A stretch of DNA of 64,000 bases from an uncultured bacterium (GCA_963749495.1 CAVVMW010000018.1:224001-288000); one strand, 5' to 3'; counted from the stretch's first letter, positions 10,697-20,683 are shown. Notes: generated from the letters alone by a model not told the origin. Numbers and translations are program-made.

Positions 10697-11941
10697 TCAG
10701 AGCTTTCCAGAAAATGCCTCCCGCAGCAGCGCGGCGGGCAGTTTGTTAATCGCCTCGAGTTGTTCAGCCAGAGCGTGACGCAGCCGCTCCGCTGACGCCA
10801 TCTGCGCGGAAAGTCGCGTGGCGATGCGGCGCTGGTCGGCGAGTGGAGGAAGTGGAATTTGCTCGTTTTGAATTTGGGTGCGTGTTATTTTCTTCATTGA
10901 ACCCCTTGCACCACCTGCGCGTTGCCTCCAGTAGCCATTGAGGTAGAGCGAAGACAGATAGGCCGTTAGGAATCTTGGCTCGATATGCTCGTTGGCCTTA
11001 ATCCGAATCGTTAGGTCTGACGCAACGGCGCCTTTCGGCTCTCCTGAAAACATTGCGACACGGCCGACCAGTTCTGGAGTGTTGCTGCGTGCAATCAGGA
11101 TTTCGCCTGCGGTGACAAGACACTCTGCGGCATCCTTGCTCCACATTCGCGCGCGTTTGACACCAGACGGGCGGAAGCCAGATTCGGTAAGGCAAGCCGT
11201 GGTGATAGCCAGAATCTCGGCGTCACCGTTCGTGGCGATAGACTTGGCCGGAAGCAATTCACAAACTTCTGTGCATTTCCTTCTTACCCACGATTTGGAT
11301 TCGCCGTCGTTAAAGACGGCGCGTAGGTAGGCGGCGGGGAGAGCTTCGGCGGCCTGCAACTGCGCCTCGGCACTGCGACGCGCAAGCTCCACCGCCGCCA
11401 TCTGCTCCTTCAATATCCTCGCAATCCGCTTCTGCTCCGAAAGCGGCGGGAGGGGGATGACCTGCTCACGAACCTGTTTATCACTGACGGCAGGATACAG
11501 CGCGCCTTTGACCAATTCAGATAGACTCTCAACAAATTCTTTAGTTTGAAGGAAGGCGAAAAGGAAATCAGAATCCAACTCAAGCTTGGCTCGGAGCACA
11601 CAGAAGCCGGTGCTGCAAACCTCGTCGTCCAGTTCCGGCGGAACCAACGCGACAGCATTGAGGTTCGGGCGCGTTGTCGAAACGATCACGTCGCCCCGGT
11701 GGATAACCTGCCGCGCTCGGCTTGGCGCGTCTTTGCCGAGCAACGTCTTCGCTTCAAGAATGCGTTTGGCCTTGTTGTCAACACTCGTAATATCAACGTA
11801 ACGGAAAAACTTGTCTGGCCTGCGGCGTGGGTCGCGAACGCCCGTTTTCTCCTCACATACTTCGCCCACCTTGGTCCACCGCCAAGCGTCCGGCAGTCGG
11901 CTGCTGGCATACTGGCGGTTCAATTCTGCGGTCGTTGTCAT
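10697..11941 (-). CDS. hsdS: Type I restriction-modification specificity subunit
   Basis: Two TRDs each ending IPLPPL(S/A)(E/D)Q.RIA; LPDAWRW start; REAFSGKL end. Confidence 0.95.
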   Translation of the reverse strand: MTTTAELNRQYASSRLPDAWRWTKVGEVCEEKTGVRDPRRRPDKFFRYVDITSVDNKAKRILEAKTLLGKDAPSRARQVIHRGDVIVSTTRPNLNAVALVPPELDDEVCSTGFCVLRAKLELDSDFLFAFLQTKEFVESLSELVKGALYPAVSDKQVREQVIPLPPLSEQKRIARILKEQMAAVELARRSAEAQLQAAEALPAAYLRAVFNDGESKSWVRRKCTEVCELLPAKSIATNGDAEILAITTACLTESGFRPSGVKRARMWSKDAAECLVTAGEILIARSNTPELVGRVAMFSGEPKGAVASDLTIRIKANEHIEPRFLTAYLSSLYLNGYWRQRAGGARGSMKKITRTQIQNEQIPLPPLADQRRIATRLSAQMASAERLRHALAEQLEAINKLPAALLREAFSGKL

Positions 11942-11977
11942 GCTGCGAACATTTTCCCTTTCGTCTCGCGCAAGATG

Positions 11978-12394
11978 TCAGCGGGGTCGCCGCCTGCGGA
12001 GAGGGGATTGTGATTCGATGCCGATGGCCTCGCGCAGTGTTTGCCGGACCTTCCGACAGCAAGCAACCGCTTCCCGCGCTTCGTCACGGGAGGCGGACTC
12101 GCCCGGATAGCGGAAGGAGACGGCGTAACGGTTGAGCACGCGCAACGCCGGACGCAGGGGTTCCAGCAGGGGTTCGATCTGAAGAACGGCGTCGAGCAAC
12201 GCGATGAGGTCGTGCGTTTTGGAGAAAGGCTGGTCCGCCTCCTGGAGCCGGGCTTTCAAATATTTCTCGGCGCACTGTTGCGCGTGGAAGCACACGCCGT
12301 CGTAAACGGGGCGCCGCCGCACGCGCGCTTCGCGTTCCATGATCTGGAAGTCGCCTTCGGCCTTTTGCGCCCATTCACGAGTGAGGGGCTTCAT
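11978..12394 (-). CDS. HEPN domain protein
   Basis: CFHAQQCAEKYLKA, KTHDL, RYPG motifs. Confidence 0.9.
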   Translation of the reverse strand: MKPLTREWAQKAEGDFQIMEREARVRRRPVYDGVCFHAQQCAEKYLKARLQEADQPFSKTHDLIALLDAVLQIEPLLEPLRPALRVLNRYAVSFRYPGESASRDEAREAVACCRKVRQTLREAIGIESQSPLRRRRPR

Positions 12395-12695
12395 AGAGCA
12401 GTTTTCCCTTCTCGACGATCTCGCGCAGGAAAAAGTCGTTGAGCGCGAGACGGCGGCGCAACTGTTGCGGGGTCCGCACGATCAAATCCAGCGGGAAGCG
12501 ACGCGGCACCCGCGTCTCGATTTCCACCGCCGCGCGGGCGCCGCTGCCGCGAAACGGCATCACGACCAGCAGGTCCACATCCGAATCCGCGGTGGGTTTG
12601 CCGCAGGCATACGAGCCAAAGAGAATGATCCTCCGCGGGCGAAACTCACGCACGACGCCATCGCAGAATTCCCGGATGCTCTCCATGCTAATCAT
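12375..12695 (-). CDS. Minimal nucleotidyltransferase (MNT antitoxin)
   Basis: IILFGSYACG...DSDVDLLVV motif; overlaps HEPN gene. Confidence 0.9.
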   Translation of the reverse strand: MISMESIREFCDGVVREFRPRRIILFGSYACGKPTADSDVDLLVVMPFRGSGARAAVEIETRVPRRFPLDLIVRTPQQLRRRLALNDFFLREIVEKGKLLYEAPHS

Positions 12696-12726
12696 GCTCT
12701 CACCATAACGGAAACGCCGCCGCCTG

Positions 12727-15141
12727 TCACGCCGCGAACATTCTGCCTTTCGTCTCGCGCAAAATGTCCACGGGCTTGCCGAGAATTTTGAGCGCGGCCA
12801 ATCCACCGGCGCGAACGATTTCGGGCGTTTCAAAGATTCGCGGGTTTTCCAGGCTGTCCGTGCCTGCGCGGGCGAATTGCGAGGCCATTGCCTTGAGCGT
12901 GGCGGCGGTCGGCGCGGGCAGGCCCGCCAGCCAGCGGTCGTGTTTGTAGGCAAACGCCTCGGCCCGCTCGACGCGAGTGCGCGGGGCGAGTCCGTAGCCG
13001 AGTTCGGCCAGCACGTCATAGAGGTCGTAATCGTTCATGTCTTCGAGCCGTTGCACCAGGAGCGCGGAGCGTCCGGCATCGGGCAACCGGCCCAGCATTT
13101 CGTGGCGTTGCGGCGGTTCAATCCAGCGGGCGCGGAAGTTTTCCAGCGTCGGCGCTTCCTCGACCAGCCGGGCGGCGAGCCGCTCCTTGTATTCCTCGAT
13201 GGTGACGGGCATGGCCTTGCCGTCCACCTGGGTCACAATGTAGCGCCCCGCGTCCGAGACGCGAACGTCGAAGCCCTCGACTTGAATGGTTGGTTCGGGC
13301 GGCGTCGGCGGGTCTGGGCCTTCCCGCCGCGCGGGTGGCTGCCACTGACTCACGAATTCACCGCCAAACAGGCGCGTGGCGTTAGTGAAATCATAGACGC
13401 GGAACATCAGTTTGCCGGTCGCCGGATTGAGGCGCGTGCCGCGCCCGACCATCTGGTAGAAGGCAATGGGTGAGCGGACGTATTTGAAGAAGACGATGTT
13501 GCAGACGACGGGCACATCCACGCCGGTCGTGAGCAGGTCCACGGTGGTCGCGATGAAATACGAGCGGGATGCGCCGCGCAAGTCCGCCAGGTATTGCGCT
13601 CCGCCAACGCTGGCGGTGCACTTGAAAGCGTAAGGGTCGAGGCGAGCGCGTTTCTGTTCGGCACACCAATCGGCGTAGAGATTATTCATTGCGACGGCCA
13701 CGCGGTCCGCATGGGTGTCGCGTGCGCAGAAGATAATGGTCTTTTGTTCCGGCCCGTCCGTGGCAAGCAGGTGTCCAAAGAGAAACCTTGTCATCGCCTG
13801 CACTCGTTCGGGAATAAGCAGCTTGTCGTCAAGGCTGGGTGCGGAGTAGTGCGTGCGAGCGTCGTCGGGCGTGACAGTCGCGCCGGTGTTGGCGTCCGTG
13901 AGTTTCTTGCCCTCCAGGTCTTCGCGCAGGACACCCGTGACGCGCTCGCTTTCGGTCTTCTGGTCGAGGAAAAGGTCATGGCGGTGGATTTCGCACGCGG
14001 CGAGATAGCCGTCCTCGATTCCCTGCGCCATGTCGTATTCGTAAACCGGCTCGCCAAAATGCTTGATGTTGTCGGCGCTGATTTGCAGGTCGGCAGCGGC
14101 CTCCTTGGTTTTTTCGGTGACTTCCAGTTTGCGCGGCGTGGCGGTGAGGCCGATTTGCACGGCGTCGGGGTTGCGGGTGAGGACTTGCGACCACTTGCCC
14201 CAGGCGGAACGGTGGCACTCGTCAATGATGATGTGGCTGAAATAGTTTTCGGGGTAATAGGTGGTCAGGAAATTGGCCGTGCCGTCTTCGCTGTCCACGT
14301 CGAGGGTTTGGTAGGTGGCGACATGGATGCGGGCGTTGCGGGCGTGATTCGAGCCGTCCGGCTCGCGATAGACTTCGGCGGCCTCCGCGCCGAAGACGTT
14401 TTGCAGCGCCCCCAAGCCCTGGCTGCGGAGTTCGTCGCGGTCGCAGACAAACAGCGCGCGTTTCAATTGTCCCGCGTCGGCAATGCGTTTGAGCAGGTGA
14501 ACAGCGATGAAGGTTTTGCCCGCGCCAGTGGCAAGGCAGCACAGGGCGCGTTTCTCGCCGCGCGCTAATTTTTCCAGCACAGCGCGGATGGTGGCGTCCT
14601 GGTAATAACGGCGTGTGGCTTCGCCGCCGGTGTAGCGGGTGAGCAGGGGCTTTGCGGCGGGCGACTCCAGGTTGAGACCCTTGGCCCTCTCATAGCGCGC
14701 ACGCAACTCGGCGGGGGTGGGAAAGTCCGAGAGCGGCCTGGGCATAGTGGTCTTGCCAGTGAAGGAATCGAACTCAACGAACAGGTGCCCGTTGCTGGAA
14801 AAGACAAAAGGCACGTTCAGCCGCTTGCAGGAGGCATACAGCTTGCCCTGTTCAAGGCCGTGATTGGGCGGCAGGCGCTCCGCCTTTGCCTCAATGAGCG
14901 CGACGGCGACGGGCTGGGTCTCGGGATTGACTGCGACGCGCAGTGTGTAGTCAACGCGGCCTCGGGCGCGCTTGCGCGGCTTGCCATTGACGATTTCGAT
15001 TGCGCCAGCCGTTTCCTCGCGGCGTACCATGTTTTCCGTCCACCCGCGAACATGAATGGCGGGGTCAATCAGTTTCGCCCGGGTATCGGCCTCGCTCAGC
15101 GGGGCGGCAAGTGGCCAAGGCTCTGAATCTCGCGCGCTCAT
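12727..15141 (-). CDS. hsdR: Type I restriction endonuclease R subunit (EcoEI-like)
   Basis: SEADTRAKLIDP, VDY...IEAK nuclease motif, ATGAGKT Walker A, DECHR, QMVGRGTR. Confidence 0.95.
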   Translation of the reverse strand: MSARDSEPWPLAAPLSEADTRAKLIDPAIHVRGWTENMVRREETAGAIEIVNGKPRKRARGRVDYTLRVAVNPETQPVAVALIEAKAERLPPNHGLEQGKLYASCKRLNVPFVFSSNGHLFVEFDSFTGKTTMPRPLSDFPTPAELRARYERAKGLNLESPAAKPLLTRYTGGEATRRYYQDATIRAVLEKLARGEKRALCCLATGAGKTFIAVHLLKRIADAGQLKRALFVCDRDELRSQGLGALQNVFGAEAAEVYREPDGSNHARNARIHVATYQTLDVDSEDGTANFLTTYYPENYFSHIIIDECHRSAWGKWSQVLTRNPDAVQIGLTATPRKLEVTEKTKEAAADLQISADNIKHFGEPVYEYDMAQGIEDGYLAACEIHRHDLFLDQKTESERVTGVLREDLEGKKLTDANTGATVTPDDARTHYSAPSLDDKLLIPERVQAMTRFLFGHLLATDGPEQKTIIFCARDTHADRVAVAMNNLYADWCAEQKRARLDPYAFKCTASVGGAQYLADLRGASRSYFIATTVDLLTTGVDVPVVCNIVFFKYVRSPIAFYQMVGRGTRLNPATGKLMFRVYDFTNATRLFGGEFVSQWQPPARREGPDPPTPPEPTIQVEGFDVRVSDAGRYIVTQVDGKAMPVTIEEYKERLAARLVEEAPTLENFRARWIEPPQRHEMLGRLPDAGRSALLVQRLEDMNDYDLYDVLAELGYGLAPRTRVERAEAFAYKHDRWLAGLPAPTAATLKAMASQFARAGTDSLENPRIFETPEIVRAGGLAALKILGKPVDILRETKGRMFAA

Positions 15142-15479
15142 TCAAGTATTCACGCGGAGCGTAGCAGGTGGACAAGAGGGCAGCAAGCAATTGAGCATTG
15201 GTTCGGTAGCGGAGGCGCTCGCCAAAAGCAAGCGGCCTGCCGAGGGTCAGGGCGGCCAAGAGATTTGGCGTCATGGCGAGAGTAGAGAGCATCGGAGGGC
15301 TGTGGCCGGGCGGGTGACGGATGGGGAAGTGAGCGGCCCGTGGGCAGGTCTCCTTGGTCAAACCACGGCTGCGGCGGTCAGCGGCCAGCGGATGCGCAAC
15401 TCGCCCCGTCTCGGCCAGAGGGCGGGCGCGATTCCCACCCGGGATACTCCGCTCGACCCCCGCCTGCGCCGGCCACGGC

Positions 15480-15893
15480 CAAACCGCCGTGCTCGCCGTC
15501 GGTCTTGCCGAATTGGACTTCGGCATCGCCGGCGACCATGAAGTTCTGGGCGGCAGGCCGGCCCTCGGGGATCGGGTGGACCGGTTGCACCTGGGACGCG
15601 GCTTCGGCCTTTTGCTGGGCGTCGGTCGCGGTCTTTTGGGTCTCCTGCAACTGCTGTTTGAGGCGCTGGACTTCCTGTTGGTCCTGTTCGTGGACCTTTT
15701 GGTTTTGCTCGAGGGTCCGGGCGTCCTGGGCGCGGGCCTTCTCAAGCGCATCGAGCCTCTGGCTCAATTTGGAGATCGCGTCCTTCAAGGCCTTGATTTC
15801 TTCATCATCCGGGGTCGCGGCAGGCGCTGGCAGCGCCATCGCCAGGAGGCAACCGGCGGCCATCACTCCAAGGAGTTGGCAAGGGTATCTCAT
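15480..15893 (-). pseudogene. 5' part of secreted coiled-coil/outer-membrane porin-like gene, 3'-truncated
   Basis: Signal peptide, coiled coil, then FMVAGDAEVQF beta-strand start before the sequence turns non-coding-like; porin call is inference. Confidence 0.5.
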
Positions 15894-15918
15894 GTGCAAA
15901 TTGGTGCTTGAGGGTTGC

Positions 15919-16251
15919 CTACCGTCCGGCCTCTTCCTCCAGGTACTTGAGCATGGCCCGGGCCTCCGTGGCCGGGAGATTGGCCCGCACGCGCATGTGG
16001 GTGAGGATCGTCTTCCATTGAGCGGCCGTCCGTTCCGTCGGGTATCGTTGCGGATGGCATCGATTGCAGTGCGCGGCGTAGAGTTCGGCGCCGCTCAGCT
16101 TCTTCTTGGCGGCCGCCCGCTTCTTCTCCTTGGGCGGGGCCGTAGTATCGGCCGAAAAGACGCTCGCCGACAGTCCGCAGACCAGGAGGCCCGCTGCGGC
16201 AAGGACCATTCCCCTTCGAAGGAAGGGATTGACACGCTTAGGGTTTGTCAT
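15919..16251 (-). CDS. Small periplasmic monoheme cytochrome c
   Basis: Signal peptide, GAELYAAHCNRCH, QWKTILTHMRVRANL. Confidence 0.85.
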   Translation of the reverse strand: MTNPKRVNPFLRRGMVLAAAGLLVCGLSASVFSADTTAPPKEKKRAAAKKKLSGAELYAAHCNRCHPQRYPTERTAAQWKTILTHMRVRANLPATEARAMLKYLEEEAGR

Positions 16252-16357
16252 AGGCAGTTTGTCGTTAGGTTCAGGACACAAGTTTCTTATTTGAACCTGC
16301 CTTTGTCTGGCCGGGCAAGTAGGTGATCACCCCATCCCGGGCGCGCCACTGTTCAGG

Positions 16358-16472
16358 TGTGGGGCAGACCTCTGGTCTGCCGGTTCACGGAGCCTCCGGC
16401 TCCGTGTCGCTTGCCGTTGCGAGGCTCGGGGCCAGAGGCCCCTGCAACCGGCAGACCGGAGGTCTGCCCCAC
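16358..16472. repeat. REP-like inverted repeat element
   Basis: GTGGGGCAGACCTC.GGTCTGCCGGTT ... AACCGGCAGACCGGAGGTCTGCCCCAC. Confidence 0.75.
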
Positions 16473-16515
16473 GCGTCCCTGCCGGATCTCCGCGTTTGTC
16501 TTTGCCCAGGCACTA

Positions 16516-18999
16516 TGTCAGAGTCCGCGGCGTGCTGGCATATCTGTTGACGATTTTTGCCGGGGCGTTCCTGCTCTTCCAGGTGCAGCCGCTCATCGGC
16601 AAGTATATCCTGCCCTGGTTCGGCGGGGGCCCGGGGTCTGGACGACCTGCCTGTTGTTCTTTCAAATGGTCTTGCTGGCCGGTTATGCCTATGCGCATCT
16701 GAGCTCGAGGCGGCTCAAGCCGCGCGCGCAGGCCGTGGCCCACCTGGTCCTGCTGGGCGCGGCGCTGGCGCTGCTCCCGATCGTGCCGGGAGATTCCTGG
16801 AAGCCGCGCGGCGGGGCCAATCCGGCCCTGCACATCCTGCTCCTGCTGAGCGCGACCTTGGGTTTGCCCTATTTCCTGCTGGCCTCGACCAGCCCCCTGC
16901 TGCAGCAATGGTTCACGCGCACTCACCCGGGCAGGTCTCCTTACCGGCTCTACGCGCTCTCCAATGCCGGTTCGCTCCTGGCCCTGGCGAGCTATCCTTT
17001 CTATTTCGAGACGCACTTCACCCGCCACGCCCAGGCCCTCCTCTGGGGTTGGGGGCTGCTCGCTTACGCCGTGGGTTGTGCCTTCTGCGCACGCCAACTC
17101 TGGGGCCTGGCAGACGCGGAGGTCGGAGGGCTGAACCCTGCTGCACCGGACTTTCGGCGACCTTGGTGTCTTTGTGGCAACCTTTGTCGCAACCTTTGTC
17201 GATTTGCGCCGATTCTCGACAAAGGTTCCGACAAAGGTTCCGACAAAGGGCGCGACAAAGGTCGCGAGAGTCCCTCAAAGTCCGGTGCGGCAGGGGTGAG
17301 CCCGGAGGCCCTCGTCCCTCGTCCCTCGTCCCTCGTCCCTCTCCTGTGGCTCCTGTTGCCGGCGTGCGCGTCAGTGCTGTTGCTGGCGACGACCAACAAG
17401 ATGTGCCAGGACGTGGCGGTGATTCCATTTCTGTGGGTGGTGCCGCTGGCGCTCTACCTGTTGAGCTTTATCATTTGCTTCGAGAACCCGCGCTGGTATG
17501 CGCGGTTCCCGTTCACGCTGGCGCTGATTGCGGGGCTCGGCGGCATCTGGTGGGCCCTGGCCCACGGCACCGAGTTCTCTGTCGTCAAGCAAGTCGGGGT
17601 CTATAGCGGGGCGCTGTTTGCCTGCTGCATGGTCTGCCACGGCGAACTTTACCGGCTCCGCCCGCCCGCCAGCGGCCTCACCGGGTATTACTTGATGATC
17701 GCCGCCGGCGGGGCGCTGGGCGGGGTGTTCGTGGCGGTGGCGGCGCCGGTTCTCTTCAACGGTTACTACGAACTGCAGTGCGGGGCCCTGCTGTGCGGTC
17801 TGCTGTTCCTCATCGCCTGCGCCAGGGACCGGGCCCCCGCCGAGGTTGCTGTGCCCGCGCGCAAATTCCTCCCCCGCCTCGTCCGCTTCCTGGCCTCGCC
17901 ATTCGGGCCCGATGCCTGGCCCTGGACGGCCTGCGTCTTGCCGCTGCTGGCCTTTTTCTGGCTGGACAAGGTGATTGCGCATGCCGCGTCCCGTTCATGG
18001 GACGTTCCCAAGGGCGCTTCCATTGTCATGCGCGTCTGCCTGTGGGCCGCCCTGGCATTGCTGACCGGCTCGTGGCTTATCCGCAGGAAATTCCGCGCCT
18101 TCCGCTATTGGCATTTCCTGGCCTGCCTCTGGTTAGGGGTCGGCTGGGTGGGCCTGGCAGCGGCGCTCTGGACCTGCGGGCGAGGGTCGCGCGCCGACGT
18201 GGTCTATACCTCGCGCGACTTTTACGGCGTGCTGACGGTCTTCGAGCATTCGAAGAACAATCCGGACCTCCATCACTTTCTCCTGTTGCACGGGCGGATC
18301 ACGCATGGGCTGCAGTTTGCCGATCCGGAGCGGGCCGCATGGCCCACGACGTATTACGGCAGGGAAAGCGGCATCGGGCTGGCCATCCAGGCCCTGCCGC
18401 CGTTGGGCCGGCGCCTGGGCCTGGTGGGCCTGGGCACCGGCACGCTCACCACCTATGGCCGGGCAGGGGATTGCCTGCGCATCTACGAAATCAATCCGGG
18501 CGTCCAGCGCCTGGCCAACTCCTGGTTCAAATATCTCGGACGCTGTCCCGCTGCAGTCGAGATCCTCCCGGGCGACGCCCGCCTCTCGATGGAGCGGGAG
18601 CCCCCGCAGCAATACGACCTGCTCGCCCTGGACGCCTTCAGCAGCGACGCCATCCCGGTCCATCTCCTGACCCGCGAGGCCTTCCAGCTCTATGAGCGCC
18701 ACCTCAAGCCCAACGGCGTCCTGGCCGTGCACATCTCCAACCATTACCTCAACCTCGAACCCGTCGTCGCCAACCTCGCCCGCGCCTTCCACTACAAGGC
18801 CGCCCTCATCGACTACGATGAAACCGACCCGACCTGGTGGCTCTATTCGTCAACCTGGATGCTGCTGACCCGAAACGAGCGAATCCTCAAGTGGCCCGGC
18901 ATCGCCGAACACGCCTACCCGCTCGAAGACAAAAACAAGAAGCCCAAAGTCCCCCTCTGGACCGACAACTTCGCCAGCCTGTTCCAAATACTCAGGTGA
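16516..18999 (+). CDS. Fused membrane/spermidine synthase-like (SAM methyltransferase) protein; frameshift near 16635
   Basis: FLLFQVQPLIGKYILPWFGG then VWTTCLLFFQ in another frame across a G run; GLGTGTL, EINP, GDARLS, DAFSSDAIPVHLLT. Confidence 0.85.
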   Translation, partial: CQSPRRAGISVDDFCRGVPALPGAAAHRQVYPALVRRGPGVWTTCLLFFQMVLLAGYAYAHLSSRRLKPRAQAVAHLVLLGAALALLPIVPGDSWKPRGGANPALHILLLLSATLGLPYFLLASTSPLLQQWFTRTHPGRSPYRLYALSNAGSLLALASYPFYFETHFTRHAQALLWGWGLLAYAVGCAFCARQLWGLADAEVGGLNPAAPDFRRPWCLCGNLCRNLCRFAPILDKGSDKGSDKGRDKGRESPSKSGAAGVSPEALVPRPSSLVPLLWLLLPACASVLLLATTNKMCQDVAVIPFLWVVPLALYLLSFIICFENPRWYARFPFTLALIAGLGGIWWALAHGTEFSVVKQVGVYSGALFACCMVCHGELYRLRPPASGLTGYYLMIAAGGALGGVFVAVAAPVLFNGYYELQCGALLCGLLFLIACARDRAPAEVAVPARKFLPRLVRFLASPFGPDAWPWTACVLPLLAFFWLDKVIAHAASRSWDVPKGASIVMRVCLWAALALLTGSWLIRRKFRAFRYWHFLACLWLGVGWVGLAAALWTCGRGSRADVVYTSRDFYGVLTVFEHSKNNPDLHHFLLLHGRITHGLQFADPERAAWPTTYYGRESGIGLAIQALPPLGRRLGLVGLGTGTLTTYGRAGDCLRIYEINPGVQRLANSWFKYLGRCPAAVEILPGDARLSMEREPPQQYDLLALDAFSSDAIPVHLLTREAFQLYERHLKPNGVLAVHISNHYLNLEPVVANLARAFHYKAALIDYDETDPTWWLYSSTWMLLTRNERILKWPGIAEHAYPLEDKNKKPKVPLWTDNFASLFQILR

Positions 19000-19059
19000 C
19001 GCACGGCAAAGCACCTCAAAGGGCTTGTTTTGATGCACGCCAGGAATTAGAGTCGAGGC

Positions 19060-19656
19060 ATGGATGCGGAACTGACAGTGCCGGTGAACGCCGTTGACTT
19101 CATAGAAACGCTTGAAAAGAGGATCCTGCACGAATTGTGGGACTCCGTTTTGGTCTGGTCCGAGAGCGTCAGGGCGCTGGCGCAGTGGGAAGATGAGCAT
19201 TTGCTCGATAGTCCTTCTGCCGAGATGCTGGAAAAACACCGCAGCATCGTTGAACGGCAAATCGCCTTGGGGAAATTCATTTCGCTGGCGACAGAACATC
19301 CGGACTTTCCTGACAAGGAAACGCGCCAGCATGTCGCTGCTACGATGGCGATCCTGAGAGATAAGATTCCAATCTGGCATAGCACCATGAGCGCCCAGGA
19401 GGCTGACAGAATTCTGGCGGAGGTGTTCCCTGAGCCCGAGCTTGAACGTCTGTTGCACGCGCTATACGAACGCGACACGTGCGAGCCCCAGCATCAGCCG
19501 CAGTGGGAGGCCACTCTTGAGCGGCTCATTGCGGATGCGCTGGCTCGCAGGCCCGGAACGAGTCGCACGCAGTTCCTCGAAGCCGTCCACTTGAGATACC
19601 AGGAGTTCAAGCGCACCCGGAGAAAACGACCGTCTGCGATGCCGCCAAGAGCGTAG
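19060..19656 (+). CDS. Hypothetical protein (possibly two fused small genes)
   Basis: 198-aa ORF with GAGG RBS; lower GC than neighbours. Confidence 0.55.
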   Translation: MDAELTVPVNAVDFIETLEKRILHELWDSVLVWSESVRALAQWEDEHLLDSPSAEMLEKHRSIVERQIALGKFISLATEHPDFPDKETRQHVAATMAILRDKIPIWHSTMSAQEADRILAEVFPEPELERLLHALYERDTCEPQHQPQWEATLERLIADALARRPGTSRTQFLEAVHLRYQEFKRTRRKRPSAMPPRA

Positions 19657-19733
19657 CAGGGGGGCGTTGACATCGTCCACGCCCCCTGCTCCACGCTCAC
19701 CCCGCTCTCAGGCCCCTGACGTCCCGGCGCGCC

Positions 19734-20117
19734 TTATTCCACCGCGATCTTGCGCGGTTTGACGCGCTCGGATTTGGGCAGTGTCAGGGTCAGGACCCCT
19801 TGCTCCATCCGGGCGGAGATGCGGGCCGTGTCGATAGCCGGGTCCAGTTCGAATACGCGCCGGCAATCCGCCGTGGCGCATTCGCTGACCAGCGATTGGC
19901 CGGGCATCGGCTGGCCGCGGCGATGGCCCAGGATCGTCATCTCGGTCCCCTCCAGCGTGACCTCGATGCCGTCTTTGCTCACTCCGGGCATTTCCGCTTC
20001 CAGGACGTAACCCTCCTTGGTCTCGAAGATATTGACTTCCGGCGCCACAAACTCTTGCGGTGCCGCGCGCTCGGTAGTCGGACGCGCATCTCGTTGCGTT
20101 TGCACTGTCGCTTTCAT
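19734..20117 (-). CDS. Hsp20/alpha-crystallin family protein
   Basis: PEVNIFET...AEMPGV...GVLTLTLPK. Confidence 0.9.
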   Translation of the reverse strand: MKATVQTQRDARPTTERAAPQEFVAPEVNIFETKEGYVLEAEMPGVSKDGIEVTLEGTEMTILGHRRGQPMPGQSLVSECATADCRRVFELDPAIDTARISARMEQGVLTLTLPKSERVKPRKIAVE

Positions 20118-20212
20118 AATCGTTGCCTCCGTTGCCGCCGGCGAGCGAACTCGCCGGACAGCTTCAATGGTTGAGTCGAATTAAGTTAAGTTCGTGCCTG
20201 GTCTGACTGGGG

Positions 20213-20683
20213 TCAGCCCACCTTCACGTCGATCTGCTTCGGTTTGGCCTCCTCGGTCTTGGGCAGCGTCACCGCCAGCACCCCGTCCTGGTAATGGGCC
20301 TTGACCTTGTCCACTGCCACCGGCGCCGACAGGCTCACGCTCCGCTGGAACCGGCCGAAAAACCGTTCGGAGCGATAGATCTCCGCGTCCTGCTGCTTGC
20401 TCTCGCCTCTGCGCTCGCCAGAGATGCTTAGCGTCCCCTCATGGAGCGCCACCTCGATCTCCTCGCGCTTCATGCCGGGCAACTCCGCCTTCACGTAGAA
20501 GTTGTCCTTGTCCTCATACAGGTCGAGCGCCGGCGTCCAGCCGCTCAATAGTTGCGAGGTCCGCGTCAACTCCGCCAACGGCGCCTCGAATAGCCGATCG
20601 ATCTCCTCTCGCAGATTCGACAGCCGCCCAAAGCCGGGCCAGACTGCCAATTCCGGTCGTTGCCATCTTGTCAGATTGTTCAT
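20213..20683 (-). CDS. Hsp20/alpha-crystallin family protein
   Basis: WTPALDLYE..AELPGM..SERFFGRFQRS..DGVLAVTLPK. Confidence 0.95.
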   Translation of the reverse strand: MNNLTRWQRPELAVWPGFGRLSNLREEIDRLFEAPLAELTRTSQLLSGWTPALDLYEDKDNFYVKAELPGMKREEIEVALHEGTLSISGERRGESKQQDAEIYRSERFFGRFQRSVSLSAPVAVDKVKAHYQDGVLAVTLPKTEEAKPKQIDVKVG

